A DNA stretch of 64,000 nucleotides, taken from the NCBI RefSeq assembly GCF_039654945.1, contig NW_027361819.1, positions 6,448,001 to 6,512,000 of the forward strand, given 5' to 3'. Below the pieces are notes generated by a model that saw only the letters and a program-made list of their open reading frames with translations, was not told where the DNA came from and did no database searches. The stretch is from Dendrobates tinctorius. Its lineage: Eukaryota. Of the stretch, positions 1-12,895 are shown piece by piece. A program made the position numbers and the translations under genes. Numbering within the stretch: position 1 is the stretch's first letter; each line of letters starts with the position of its first letter.

Positions 1-1495
1 ATAAAAACGCCGGGGAAATCCGCACGAAATCCGCATAAAAACGCCGGGGAAATCCGCACGAAATCTGCATTAAAACGCCGGGGAAATCTGCACGAAATCC
101 GCATAAAAACGCCGGGGAAATCTGCACGAAATCCGCATAAAAACGCCGGGGAAATCTGCACGAAATCCGCATAAAAACGCCGGGGAAATCCGCACGAAAT
201 CCGCATAAAAACGCCGGGGAAATCCGCACGAAATCCGCATAAAAACGCCGGGGAAATCCGCACGAAATCCGCATTAAAACGCCGGGGAAATCCGCACGAA
301 ATCCGCATAAAAACGCCGGGGAAATCCGCACAAAATCCGCATAAAAACGCCGGGGAAATCCGCACGAAATCCGCATTAAAACGCCGGGGAAATCCGCACG
401 AAATCTGCATAAAAACGCCGGGGAAATCCGCACGAAATCCGCATAAAAACGCCGGGGAAATCCGCACGAAATCCGCATAAAAACGCCGGGGAAATCCGCA
501 CGAAATCCGCATTAAAACGCCGGGGAAATCCGCACGAAATCCGCATTAAAACGCCGGGGAAATCCGCACGAAATCCGCATAAAAACGCCGGGGAAATCCG
601 CACAAAATCCGCATAAAAACGCCGGGGAAATCCGCACAAAATCCGCATAAAAACGCCAGGGAAATCCGCACGAAAGCCACATAAAAACGCCGGGGAAATC
701 CGCACGAAATCCACATAAAAACGCTGGGGAAATCCGCACGAAATCCGCATAAAAACGCCAGGGAAATTCGCACAAAATCCGCATAAAAACGCCAGGGAAA
801 TCCGCATAAAAACGCCGGGGAAATCCGCACGAAATCCGCATAAAAACGCAGGGGAAATCCGCACGAAATCCGCATAAAAACGCAGGGGAAATCCGCACGA
901 AATCCGCATAAAAACGCCGGGGAAATCCGCACCAAATCCGCATAAAAACGCCGGGGAAATCCGCACGAAATCTGCATAAAAACGCCAGGGAAATCCGCAC
1001 GAAATCCACATAAAAACCCCGGGGAAATCCGCACAAAATCCGCATAAAAACGCCAGGGAAATCCGCACGAAATCCGCATAAAAACGCTGGGGAAATCCGC
1101 ACGAAATCCGCATAAAAAACGCAGGGGAAATCCGCACGAAATCCGCATAAAAACGCCGGGGAAATCCGCACGAAATCCGCATAAAAACGCCGGGGAAATC
1201 CGCACGAAATCCGCATAAAAACGCCAGGGAAATCTGCACGAGATCCACATAAAAACGCCGGGGAAATCCGCACGAAATCCACATAAAAACGCCGGGGAAA
1301 TCCGCACGACATCCGCATAAAAACGCCGGGGAAATCCGCACTAAATCCGCATAAAAACGCCGGGGAAATCCGCACAAAATCCGCATAAAAACGCCGGGGA
1401 AATCCGCACGAAATCCGCATAAAAACGCCGGGGAAATCCGCACAAAATCCGCATAAAAACGCCGGGGAAATCCGCACGACATCCGCATTAAAACG
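1..1495. repeat. 34-bp tandem satellite (ATAAAAACGCCGGGGAAATCCGCACGAAATCCGC)n, running off the window start
   Basis: The period was counted directly from the sequence. There are ~43 near-identical copies. The minus-strand ORFs here are repeat translations. Confidence 0.95.
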
Positions 1496-1583
1496 CACGG
1501 ATTTTGACCTGCGGATTCTGCCAAGAGATGCAGATTCCGCGCAGAAAACTCCACACAGTAATCCGCAACGTGTGCACATCCCC
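1496..1583. mobile_element. Right terminus of a MITE (…AATCCGCAACGTGTGCACATCCCC-TAA) that encloses the 34-bp satellite
   Basis: It has the same CCGCA(A/G/C)CGTGTGCACA terminal motif as the complete MITEs at 7457-7834 and 36710-37031, and is followed by TAA. Confidence 0.7.
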
Positions 1584-1967
1584 TAAATGTCTGAGAATCT
1601 TGGTGGGAAATGTGGAATCCTCGGAGAATCCCTGGAAATCTGGCCCTGACCTCACCGTATAAGCAGTCCATGGCCGAGAACAGGTGCGAGCATCGGGGGC
1701 CCGGAACACAGCTGGATAGTGGGGGTCCCCCAGGGGTAGAGGGGGATCAGGTAGGGAACACGTCAGCCGTCTGCAGGGCTCTGCTGGAATTTGGCTGCAC
1801 AGCGTCGCTCCTCTGCGCAGATGTGAGCGAGGAATATGAGATCATAGTGAGATCCCATTACCCCCACACTACACCCCAGCTCTGCTACACCGCCGTGTGC
1901 ACTACAACAGATGCCAACCACAGGACAGCAACTTACGTGCGCGTACGACTATAAAAAGAAGTGCGGA

Positions 1968-2240
1968 TGTAGCAGAGCCGAGTGTGTCAGATATAGCAGA
2001 GCCAAGTGTGTCAGATATAGCAGAGCCAAGTGTGTCAGATATAGCAGAGCTGAGTGTGTCAGATAGCGGAGTCAAGTTTGTGAGATAGCAGAATCGAGTA
2101 TGTCAGATAAAGCAGAGCCAAGTGTGTCAGATATAGCAGAGCTAAGTGTGTCAGATATAGCAGAGCTGGGTGTGTCAGATATAGCAGAGCTGAGTGTGTC
2201 ACATGTGGCAGAGATGAATTTGTTAGATTAGGCAGAGCTA
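1968..2240. repeat. 24-bp minisatellite (GCAGAGCCAAGTGTGTCAGATATA)n
   Basis: The ORF 1897..2088 has an 8-aa periodicity (AEPSVSDI). There are ~11 copies, decaying rightwards. Confidence 0.9.
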
Positions 2241-2374
2241 AATTGTCCAGAAGTAGCTGAGATAATGTTTGCCAGATGTATTTGAGTTGAGTTTGTCAAA
2301 AGCGGCAAGGAAAGCGCCGTATAGATGAGTGTGTTTTCTCTGGGAGTTGTACAGTTATCTGAATGTAGACACAA

Positions 2375-3330
2375 ACACATGGGCCGTGCACACAGTGAAC
2401 AAGTCTGTATGACAATGTTCACACCACCAAAAGACTGAAACACAGAAAAACAAACGCATAAAAATACTCTGTTGTAAAAAAGTAACAGTAAACTGCAAGT
2501 GCTAGTAAAAAGATGATAACAAAACAGGGAATTTAGTTGTTACATTTTTGCAAAAAAAATGTATACTGAGCCGCTCTACCAACCGTGAAGGTATACCCAT
2601 CAGAGCAGTCCTAACCGATGTATTTAAAAACCTGACCATGTGTATAGTACCTGTATGAGCAGGATTCTGACAGGTAAGGACACGCTGTGGAAGGCGGCTT
2701 TTTGTGTGCATGGCCCATAAGGGAGGGGTGGAATCCTCCCCAATCTTGCAAAAACAAGAAACAAATTAGACATAAACCCATGGGCCATGCACACAGCGAA
2801 CAAGTCTGTATGACAGTGTTCACATCAAATTCCCTGTTTTGTTATCATCTTTTTACTAGCACTTGCAGTTTTCTGTTACTTTTTTACAACAGAGTATTTT
2901 TATACGTTTGTTTTTCTGTGTTTTTGTCTTTTGGTGGTGTGAGCTCTGTCACGTGCACGGCCCATGGGTTTGTGTCTATTGGTTTCTTGTTTTTGCAAGA
3001 TTGGGGAGGATTCCACCCCTCCCTTATGGGCCATGCACACAAAAAGCCGCCTTCCACAGCGTGTCCACATTGGACCTTACCTGTCAGAATCCTGCTCATA
3101 TAGGTACTATACACATGCTCAGGTTTTTAAATACATCGGTTAGGACTGCTCTGATGTGTGTATACCTTGACGTTTGGTAGAGCGGCTCAGTATACATTTT
3201 TTGCAAAAAACGTAACAACCAAATACCCTGTTTTGTTATCATCTTTTTACTAGCACTTGCAGTTTACTGTTACTTTTTTACAGCAGAGTATTTTTGCACG
3301 TTTGTTTTACTGTGTTTTTCTGTGTTTCAG
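2375..3330. repeat. ~400-bp unit present in direct and inverted orientation, forming a long imperfect palindrome
   Basis: CATGGGCC(G/A)TGCACACAG occurs at ~2377 and ~2779. The reverse-complement copy begins at ~2827. Arm 2434-2795 pairs with arm 2951-3330. Confidence 0.85.
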
Positions 3331-3949
3331 TTATCTAAGTGCGCCAACAATGGAGTTGTAAACAATGAAATGAAACATTCAGCTCTGCTGCATCAGTCGG
3401 TGCACTGTGCTGCATGGTTTGGAGCAGCAGAGCTGTGTGTGTCTCCGGCCATCTTACAATGTAGGGATGACTTACGATGATCCCCATTCTGCTTTCCTGA
3501 TTGCTGACTCCTGACCGAGCTGAGTGCCACCAGCAGGAGGAGGAGGATGTAGTGTCCGAGGCGCCCCGCAGCCTGCAACACAACAAGTCCTGGTCAGCAA
3601 GTACTATCCCTTTAAGATGAATTGTCCCCCACACACTCCATTAAGTCCTGCGGTGACCCCATTTTCATGCCAACCTCATCTGAACCCCCTGAGCCACATT
3701 CAGCCCCGGTGCCCCCCACAGACTACACTGCGCTCCCCCTTACCTCCATGTCTGCTGTGTCCTGTGTAGTGTGAGGCTGCTATTTAAGGTCTTGTATTTA
3801 TATGGTGCGTCTGGTCCTGGGCCCCCTCCTTCCACAGCCTCCCCTGCTCCAGGGATGTGAAGGGAGGACTGAAACAGGGGGGATGTGTAAATGGTGCGCA
3901 CAGGATGCGGGGTTGTGATGCCACCTTCCAGTCCTGTACATGTGCATCC

Positions 3950-5830
3950 TCAGCAGCACATGACAGGATGGTCCGAGGAAAGGTGAGGACCACAAAACAT
4001 GAAAAGAGGTGAAAAAAAAGAGAAAAATCCTTCCGGGACCAGAGGAGGCAACTGAGGACAAAGGTGAACGCCAAAGCAATACCAGAAATGGTCCAACACT
4101 CCGGAACACCAACTGTGGGCAGCACATGACAGGATGGTCCAAGGAAAGATGAGGACCACAAAACCTGAAAAGAGGTGAAAAATAAGAGAAAAATCCTTCC
4201 GGGACCAGAGGAGGCAACTGGGGACAAAGGTGAACGCCAAAGCAGTACCACAAATGGTCCAACACTCCGGAACACCAACTGTGGGCAGCACATGACAGGA
4301 TGGTCCGAGGAAAGGTGAGGACCACAAAACATGAAAAGAGGTGAAAAATAAGAGAAAAATCCTTCCGGGACCAGAGGAGGCAACTGGGGACAAAGGTGAA
4401 CGCCAAAGCAATACCACAAATGGTCCAACACTCCGGAACACCAACTGTGGGCAGCACATGACAGGATGGTCCGAGGAAAGGTGAGGACCACAAAACCTGA
4501 AAAGAGGTGAAAAATAAGAGAAAAATCCTTCCGGGACCAGAGGAGGCAACTGGGGACAAAGGTAAACGCCAAAGCAATACCACAAATGGTACAACACTCC
4601 GTAACACCAACTGTGGGCAGCACATGATAGGATGGTCCGAGGAAAGGTGAGGACCACAAAACTTGAAAAGTGGCAAAAATTTGAGAAAAAACCCTTTAGG
4701 ACCATAGGAGGCAACTGGGGACAAAGGAGAACTCCATAGCAATACCACAAATGGTCCAACACTCCGGACCACCAACCTTGGGCAACACATGACAGGATGT
4801 CTGGACTGATTGCGAGGAAAGGTGAGGACCACAAAACATGAAAAGAAGTGAAAAATAAGCGAAAAATCCCTCCGGGACCAGAGGAGGCAACTGGGGTCAA
4901 AGGAAAACTCTATAGCTATACCACAAATGGTCCAACACTTTGGATCACCAACCATGGAGCAACTCATAACAGGATGGTCCGGGCTGCAAACAAGAAAAGG
5001 TGGGGACCACAAAACATGAAAAGAGGCAAACACTAGAGAAATATCCCTCCGGGACCAAAGGAAACTGGAGACAAAGGTGCACTCTATAACAGTAACAAAA
5101 ATGGTCCAACACTCTGGACCACTAACCGTGAGCAGCACATGACAGGATGGTCTGGGTTTATTACCAAGGAAGGTGGGGATCACAAAACATTAAAAGAGGC
5201 AAAAATAAGTGAGAAATCCCTCCGGCGCTAGTGGAGGCAACTAGGGACAAAGGAAAACTCCTTAGCAATACCAAAAATGGTCCAATACTTTGGACCACCA
5301 ATAGTGGGTGGCACATGACAGGATGTTCCAGGGTGAGAGTGAGGAGAGGTGGGGACTGCAGAACTCGTAAAGAGGCGAAAAAAATAGAAAAATCCCACCA
5401 GGGCCAGAGGAGGTAACTGAGGACAAAGGAGAACTCCATAGCAAAACACGAAATGGTCCAACCGTCCGGACTACCAACCGTGGCGCAGTTGATATCAGGA
5501 TAGTCCAGTCTGATAGTGAGGAAAGGCGGGGACCACAAAACATTAAAAGAGGTGAAAAAATAGAAAAATCCCACTGGGACCAGAGGAGGCAACTGGGGAC
5601 AAAGGAGAACTCCATATCTATACCACAAATGGTCCAACACTTTAGATCACCAACCATGGAGCAACTCATAACAGGATGATCTAGGCAGATAGTGAGGAAA
5701 GGTGGGGACCACAAACCACGAAAAGAGAAGAAAAAAATAGAAAAATCACACCAGGGCTAGGAGGAGGCAACTGGGGACAAATGAGATATCTATAGGGTAC
5801 CCACAAATGGTCCAACACTTCAGACCTCTA
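3950..5830. repeat. ~166-bp tandem satellite, with ~178-bp diverged units on the right
   Basis: The AGCACA of AGCACATGA(C/T)AGG ends at 3960, 4126, 4292, 4458 and 4624 (period 166). Later units are longer and more diverged. Confidence 0.9.
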
Positions 5831-7456
5831 TTTATGGGGTGATAGAGCGATGCACAGAGGCCTACGCACCTACCATGCAATATTTAGAGTCACGCAACCT
5901 ACAAAAACCCATGAAACTTTCACCTGACTGTGGGTTGGCCCCCACAAAGTAGTATGTGATCCTTATGATGGAGGTTTGTGCAAAAGGACCAAAGAACCTT
6001 AATTTAAAAAAACAGGTGAAGTATAAAATATAGCGGATAAGAAAGATGTAAAGTTTGGAAGCTCAAGAAGTTAAGATGGAGACAAAAAAAGCCTCCAGTC
6101 AAGGAGCATGAAGAAAGAGTTGATGTGTAACTAAACATCTAATAGGGGTGGAAAAAGCAAGACCTTGAACATTTCCGTCACAAGAAGAAACCTCGTCCTC
6201 TCCCGGGACATTACAAGGAGATACCGTTTATCGGTGAAGACTGTATCACTGGAGAAAGTTCAAGAAAAGGGGAAGATGATGACTGTTATCAAGATGGACA
6301 ATCACAGAAATTGTGAAGATTCAACACACAAGAGAGCAGAAACTCTGGGGAAACAAAGATCATTCTAGCTCTAAGACTTGGGGACCATAGAGATGGACCA
6401 TAAGATGTTACCACAGGGTGAAGGACTTTGCAGACTCCTCAGATAGTTCATGCATTTTGGATATATACTTGTTTCCACAGTGTCAGTTGTGAGGAGGACC
6501 CTTAATATATGAATCTGTATTGATGGTATTATTAGATGCTGGAAACATCCATCAAAACAAGAAAATGAAGGGACGAGTTTCTAGCTCTGGTTGTTTGTCC
6601 TGGTTTTCTTCTGATTTGTATTCAGAGGTCATTAAGGGCAAAACACCAAGAAATGTCCTGACGTCATCAATAAAGGACCTAACCTTCTGGAGAAGATGCT
6701 GTGAACTCTGTGACTTGTTCCCTTGGCTTCACATCTTCCTGTCCCGCTCATCAATGCCTGATCCCTGGTCGTTTCCTAGCTAATAGTTTCTGGGCGCCTG
6801 CCAGTTCTGTCGTGGATGATTTATGGTGTTTTGTTATGATTTGTACATGGAGCCAAGAGGTGAGAGGTCAACTTCTAAAATGTGTATGAAGCTTCTAGCC
6901 TGTGACTTTCTGTTATCAGTGGTTTTATCTGCAATGTTAAGGTCTTCATGTGACACCATAACCTAATTCTCGCCCACGTGACTTTTCATGTATGAACTTT
7001 ACCTGATCCTCCTCCTCGTGAATCTTCATGTGTAACCCTCACCTCATCTTCCTCATTATTCTTCATGTATGATCTGCACCTGATCCTCCTTTTTGTGACA
7101 CTTCATGGATGATCCTCACCCGATGCTCCTCATGACTCTTCATTTATAATTCTCACCTGATCCTCAACCTCATTACTCTTCATGTATGATCCGCACCTGA
7201 TCCGCTTCATAGTGACTCTTCATTGATGATCCTCATCGATCCTGTTCCTCATTACACTTCATATATGAGCCTTAGCTGATCCTCCTCCTCCTTGTGACTC
7301 TTCATGTAGGATACTCACCTTATCCTCCTCCACCTCCTGACTCTTCATGTATGATCCTAACCTGATCCTCCTCGTCGTGATTCTTCATGTATGATCCTCA
7401 TTGATCTGCCTCCTCGGCCTCTTCATGTATAATTCTCACTTGATCCTTCTCTTCTA

Positions 7457-7834
7457 GCTGTGTGCACACGCTGCGGTTTATGTGCGGATTCATCCGCGCG
7501 GATTTTGTAAAATCCGCAGGTGAAACCGCAGGTCAAAAGACCTGCGGTTTTACCTGCGGATTGCTCTGCGGTTTTGCCCTGCGGTTTTTCATCTCCTCAA
7601 TGGAGGAGATGGCAAACCGCAGGAGAATCCGCAGAAAGAATTGACATGTCAATTCTTTCTGCGGATTGAAAACCGCAGATAATCCGCGCGGAAAATTCCG
7701 CACCGTCTGCACTGCGGTTTTTGATTCCCATAGGGAATCATGGTACTGTACACCGCAGCAGAAACTGCTGCGGGTCCGCAGCGGCCAAAACCGCTGCGGA
7801 ACCGCAGCAAAATCCGCAGCGTGTGCACACAGCC
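7457..7834. mobile_element. Non-autonomous DNA transposon (MITE), probably PIF/Harbinger-like
   Basis: TIRs are GCTGTGTGCACACGCTGCGG … CCGCAGCGTGTGCACACAGC(C). The flanks are CTA and TTA. The interior is palindromic with TGCGG/CCGCA motifs. Confidence 0.8.
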
Positions 7835-8099
7835 TTATTCTTCATGTATGATCCGCACCTGATCCTCCTTTTTCTGTGTCTTCATGGATGATCCTCACCT
7901 AATCCTCCTCCTCATGATGCTTCTTTTATAATACTCACCTGATCATCCTCCTCTTGACTTTTCATGTATAATTCTCACTGATTCTCCTCCTCATTACTCT
8001 TCATGTATGATCCGCACCTGATCCTCCTTTTTGTAACTCTTCATGGATGATCCTCACCTGATCCTCTTCGTCATTACTTTCATGTATAATCTACACCCG

Positions 8100-9157
8100 A
8101 CGGCTCATAGAATCTCACAGATTTCAGTATCACCTCAATGCTGATGACACACAGATCTACATCTCTGGACCAAATATCACCTTCATCCTTCTTCTCTGCT
8201 AGATTTCTAAAACTTAATATGGACAAAACAGAATTATTCATCTTTCCCCCAACGGACCTATCCAGTAAAGTAAACGGCTGCCCACTCTCTCCAGTCCCAC
8301 AAGCTCGCTGCCTCGGGGTAATCCTTGACTCTTATCTCTCCTTCAAACCACATATCCAAGCCCTTTCCACTTCCTGACGACTTCAACTCAAAAATATTTC
8401 CCGGGACCATACATTCCTCAACAAAGAATCTGCAAAAAACTCTAGTCCATGCCTTCATCATCTCCCGCCTTGACTACTGCAACCTCCTGCTCTGTGGCCT
8501 CACCTCTAACCACTCTCGCACCCTTCCAATCTATTCTAAACTCTGCTGCCCGGCTAATCCACCTGTCCCCCCGCTATTCCCCAGCTTCTCCCTTCTGTCA
8601 ATCCCTGTACTGGCTCCTCATTACCCAAAGACTCCAGTTCAAAACACTAACCATGACATACAAAGCCATCCACAACCTGAGTCCTCCATACATCTGTGAC
8701 CTCGTCTCCTGGTACTTACCTGCACGCAACCTCCGATCCTCACAAGATCTCCTTCTCTACTCCCCTCTTATCTCCTCTTCCTACAATCGCATATAAGGTT
8801 TCTCCCATGCATCCCCTCTACTCTGGAACTCTCTACCACAACATATCAGACTCTCACCTACCATGGAAACCTTCAAAAGGAACATGAAGACCCACCTCTT
8901 CCGACAAGGTTACAACCTGCAGTAACCACCGATCCACCAAACCGCTGCATGACCAGCTCTACCCTCGCCTACTGTATCCTCACCCATCCCATGTAGATTG
9001 TGAGCCCTCGCGGGCAGGGTCCTCTCTCATCCTGGACCAGTCGTGACTTGTATTGTGTAAGATTCCTGTACTTGTATGTATTATGTATACCCCTCCTCAC
9101 ATGTAAAGCGCCATGGAATAAATGGCGCTATAATAATAAATAATAATAATTAATAAT
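8100..9157 (+). mobile_element. 5'-truncated, decayed L2-clade LINE (RT C-terminal part plus 3' UTR)
   Basis: FQYHLNADDTQIY (YADD-like RT motif) is at ~8122. KLNMDKTEL and TLVHAFIISRLDYCNLLLCGL are typical L2 ORF2 motifs, and there are frameshifts. A 3' stem-loop AGCGCCAT-GGAATAA-ATGGCGCT (9107-9129) precedes a (TAA)n tail. Confidence 0.88.
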
Positions 9158-10477
9158 GTATTATCCTTGCCTGATCCTCATCCTTGTGACTCTTCATGGA
9201 TGATCCTCACCCAATCCTCTTCCTCATTACTCTTCATTTATGGTCCTCTCATGATCCCCTTCTAGTAACTGTTCAAGTAAGGATAAGGATATCACATGAT
9301 CCTCCTAGTGACTATATGTATGGTCCTCACATGATCCTCCTCCTCATGCCTCTCTTCATGTATGATCCTGACTTAATTCTCCTCGTGACTCTTCATGTAT
9401 GATCCACACCTGATCCTCCCTTTTGTGACTCTTCATGGATGATCCTCACGCAATCCTCCTTCTAAAGGCTCTTCATTTATAATTCTCACCTGATCCTCCT
9501 CCACGTGACTTTTCATGTATGATTCTCACCTGTTCCTTGCCCTCATGACTCTTCATGCATGATCCTCCCCTGATCCTCCTCATTACTCATGTGTGATCCA
9601 CACCTGATCCTTCTGTTTGTGACTCTTCATGGATGATCCTCCACCGATTTTTCTCCTCATGACTCTTCATTTATAATTCTCACCTGATCTTTCTTCTCGT
9701 GACTTTTCATGTAAGAACCTCACCCGATCCTCCTCCACATTACTTTTCATATATGATCCTCACCTGATCCTCCTCCACATTACTCTTCATGTATGATTCA
9801 TGGTTGATCCTCACCCAATCTTCCTCCTCATGACTCTTCATATATGATCTTCACCCGATCCTTCTCCTCGTCATGACTCTTCATGTATGATCGTCACCTG
9901 ATCCTCATCCTTGTGACTCTTCATGTATGATCGTCACCTGATCCTCATCCTTGTGACTCTTCATGTATGATCGTCACCTGATCCTCATCTTTGTGACTCT
10001 TCATGTATGATCCTCACCTGATCCGCTTTCTTGTGACTCTTCATGGATGATCCTCACCGATCCTCCAGCTCATTACTTTTCATGTATGTTCCTAACCTGA
10101 TCCTTGTCCTTGTGATTCTTCATGTATGATATGCACCTGATTATCGTTTTTCTGACTCCTCATGGATAGATCCTCAGCCAATCCTCCTCCACATTACTCT
10201 TCATTTATGGTCCTCTCATGATCTTTCTTCTCGTAGTTGTTCATGTATGGTCCTCACATGGTCCTCCTCCTCGTAACTGTACATTTAAGGTCTTGATATG
10301 ATCCTCCTCCTCGTAACTCTTCATATGTGATCCTCACCCTCATTATGTGTGATGTGAACCTGATCTTATTCCTCCACCTCATAACTCTTCTTCATTTATG
10401 ATCCTCCTCCTCTTGACTCTTCTTGTACATGATACATAGCTCAGCCACATCTGTATACGGAGGATTGTGGCATACTC

Positions 10478-12432
10478 CTTAGATACACAGCTCAGCAGTC
10501 AGTATCACACAGGAGAGGATTAGATACACGGCTCAGCAGTCAGTATCACACAGGAGAGGATTAGATACACGACTCAGCAGTCAGTATCACACAGGATAGG
10601 ATTAGATACACGGCTCAGCAGTCAGTATCACACAGGATAGGATTAGATACACGGCTCAGCAGTCAGTATCACACAGGAGAGGATTAGATACACGGCTCAG
10701 CAGTCAGTATCACACAGGATAGGATTAGATACACGACTCAGCAGTCAGTATCAGACGAGATAGGATTAGACACATGGCTCAGCAGTCAGTATCACACAGG
10801 AGGGGATTAGATACACGGCTCAGAAGTCAGTATCACACAGGAGAGGATTAGATACACGGCTCAGCAGTCAGTATCACACAGGAGAGGATTAGATACACGG
10901 CTCAGCAGTCAGTATCACACAGGAGAGGATTAGATACACGGCTCAGCAGACAGTATCACACGGGAGAGGATTAGATACACAGCTCAGCAGTCAGTATCAC
11001 ACGGGATAGGATTAGATACACAGCTCAGCAGTGAGTATCACACAGGAGGGGATTAGATACATGGCTCAGCAGTCAGTATCACACAGGAGAGGATTAGATA
11101 CACGGCTCAGCAGTCAGTATCACACAGGAGAGGATTATATACACGGCTCAGAAGTCAGTATCACACAGGAGAGGATTAGATACACGGCTCAGCAGTCAGT
11201 ATCACACAGGAGAGGATTAGATACACGGCTCAGCAGACAGTATCACACGGGAGAGGATTAGATACACAGCTCAGCAGTCAGTATCACACGGGATAGGATT
11301 AGATACACGGCTCAGCAGTCAGTATCACACAGGAGGGGATTAGATACACGCTCAGCAGTCAGTATCACACAGGAGAGGATTAGATACACAGCTCAGCAGT
11401 CAGTATCACACAGGATAGGATTAGATACACGGCTCAGCAGTTAGTATCACACAGGATAGGATTAGATACACGGCTCAGCAGTCAGTATCACACAGGAGAC
11501 GATTAGATACATGGCTCAGCAGTAAGTATCGCACAGGATAGGATTAGATACACGGCTCAGCAGTCAGTATCACACAGGAGAGGATTAGATACATGGCTCA
11601 GCAGTCAGTATCACACAGGATAGGATTAGATACACGGCTCAGCAGTCACTATCACAAAGGAGAGGATTAGATACATGGCTCAGCAGTCAGTATCACACAG
11701 GAGAGGATTAGATACACGGCTCAGCAGTCAGTATCACACAGGAGAGGATTAGATACATGGCTCAGCAGTCAGTATCACACAGGAGGGGATTAGATACACT
11801 GCTCAGCAGTCAGTATCACACAGGAGAAGATTAGATACACGGCTCAGCAGTCAGCATCACACAGGAGAGGATTAGATACACGGCTCAGCAGTCAGTATCA
11901 CACAGGAGAGGATTAGATATACGGCTCAGCAGTCAGTATCACACAGGAGAGGATTAGATATACGGCTCAGCAGTCAGTATCACACAGGAGAGGATTAGAT
12001 ATACGGCTCAGCAGTCAGTATCACACAGGAGAGGATTAGATATACGGCTCAGCAGTCAGTATCACACAGGAGAGGATTAGATACACTGCTCAGCAGTCAG
12101 TATCACACAGGAGAGGATTAGATACACGGCTCAGCAGTCAGTATCACACAGGATAGGATTAGATACATGGCTCAGCAGTCAGTCTCACACAGGAGAGGAT
12201 TAGATACACGGCTCAGCAGTCAGTATCACACAGGAGAGGATTAGATACACTGCTCAGCAGTCAGTATCACACAGGAGAGGATTAGATACACGGCTCAGCA
12301 GTCAGCATCACACAGGAGAGGATTAGAGACACGGCTCAGCAGTCAGTATCACACAGGAGAGGATTAGATATACGGCTCAGCAGTCAGTATCACACAGGAG
12401 AGGATTAGATACATGGCTCAGCAGTCAGTATC
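10478..12432. repeat. 41-bp satellite (GGATTAGATACACGGCTCAGCAGTCAGTATCACACAGGAGA)n
   Basis: The period was measured (10681 to 10722). There are ~47 highly similar copies. Confidence 0.95.
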
Positions 12433-12740
12433 CCCTTGTCGCTGGCAGACACACGGTTAAGCAGATAATGTAGTGCAGACCTCTGAGCTCGGGGGGAATG
12501 TTCTGCAGAATATGATGTAATTAGAGTTTGTTTCCAAGTGTCTGGGAACTCAGCCGAAATCCACAGACTAAACATTGAGGCCAAGTCTGAGACTGTACGA
12601 AGTGACAGCACCGACACCACAAGTCCCAGAGTTGTCAGGCTACAGCTCCCGGGTCCTCACTGTTTGGGTGCAGCATTTATTCCTCAGTCCTGGAGCACAG
12701 AGGCCTCCAGCAATGATCTGCACACAACATGAGCCTCACA

Positions 12741-12895
12741 CAGGGCCGGCTCCAAGTTTTCATGGGCCCCAAGTGAAGGAGTCTCAGTGGGCCCTTTACC
12801 ACGACTCATGATACGGCAGAGAAATATAGGTATAGTACAATGCCAAAGATTTCACTTCTCACATTGCATAAGTGATATCTATTGTAAATTCTACA
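12741..12895 (+). mobile_element. Probable left end of a non-autonomous hAT-like element (CAGGGCCGGCTCC…) leading into the 31-bp satellite
   Basis: The CAGGGCCGGC terminus followed by GGGCCC motifs resembles anuran hAT-type MITE ends as I recall them. No matching right end was found. Confidence 0.4.

Larger units (their letters stand above)
6950..10430. repeat. Degenerate ~40-bp satellite (TCATGTATGATCCTCACCTGATCCTCCTCCTCGTGACTCT)n, interrupted by a MITE and an L2 fragment
   Basis: TCATGTATGA occurs at 9881, 9921, 9961 and 10001 (period 40). Degenerate copies lie on both sides of the insertions. Confidence 0.85.

Noticed and set aside
376-5714. 250-460-aa Cys/Phe-rich minus-strand ORFs
   Set aside because: They are translations of the 34-bp and 166-bp satellites.
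5880-6900. Unique-looking segment with short ORFs, a possible decayed transposase
   Set aside because: There is no recognisable motif or splice-consistent exon chain.
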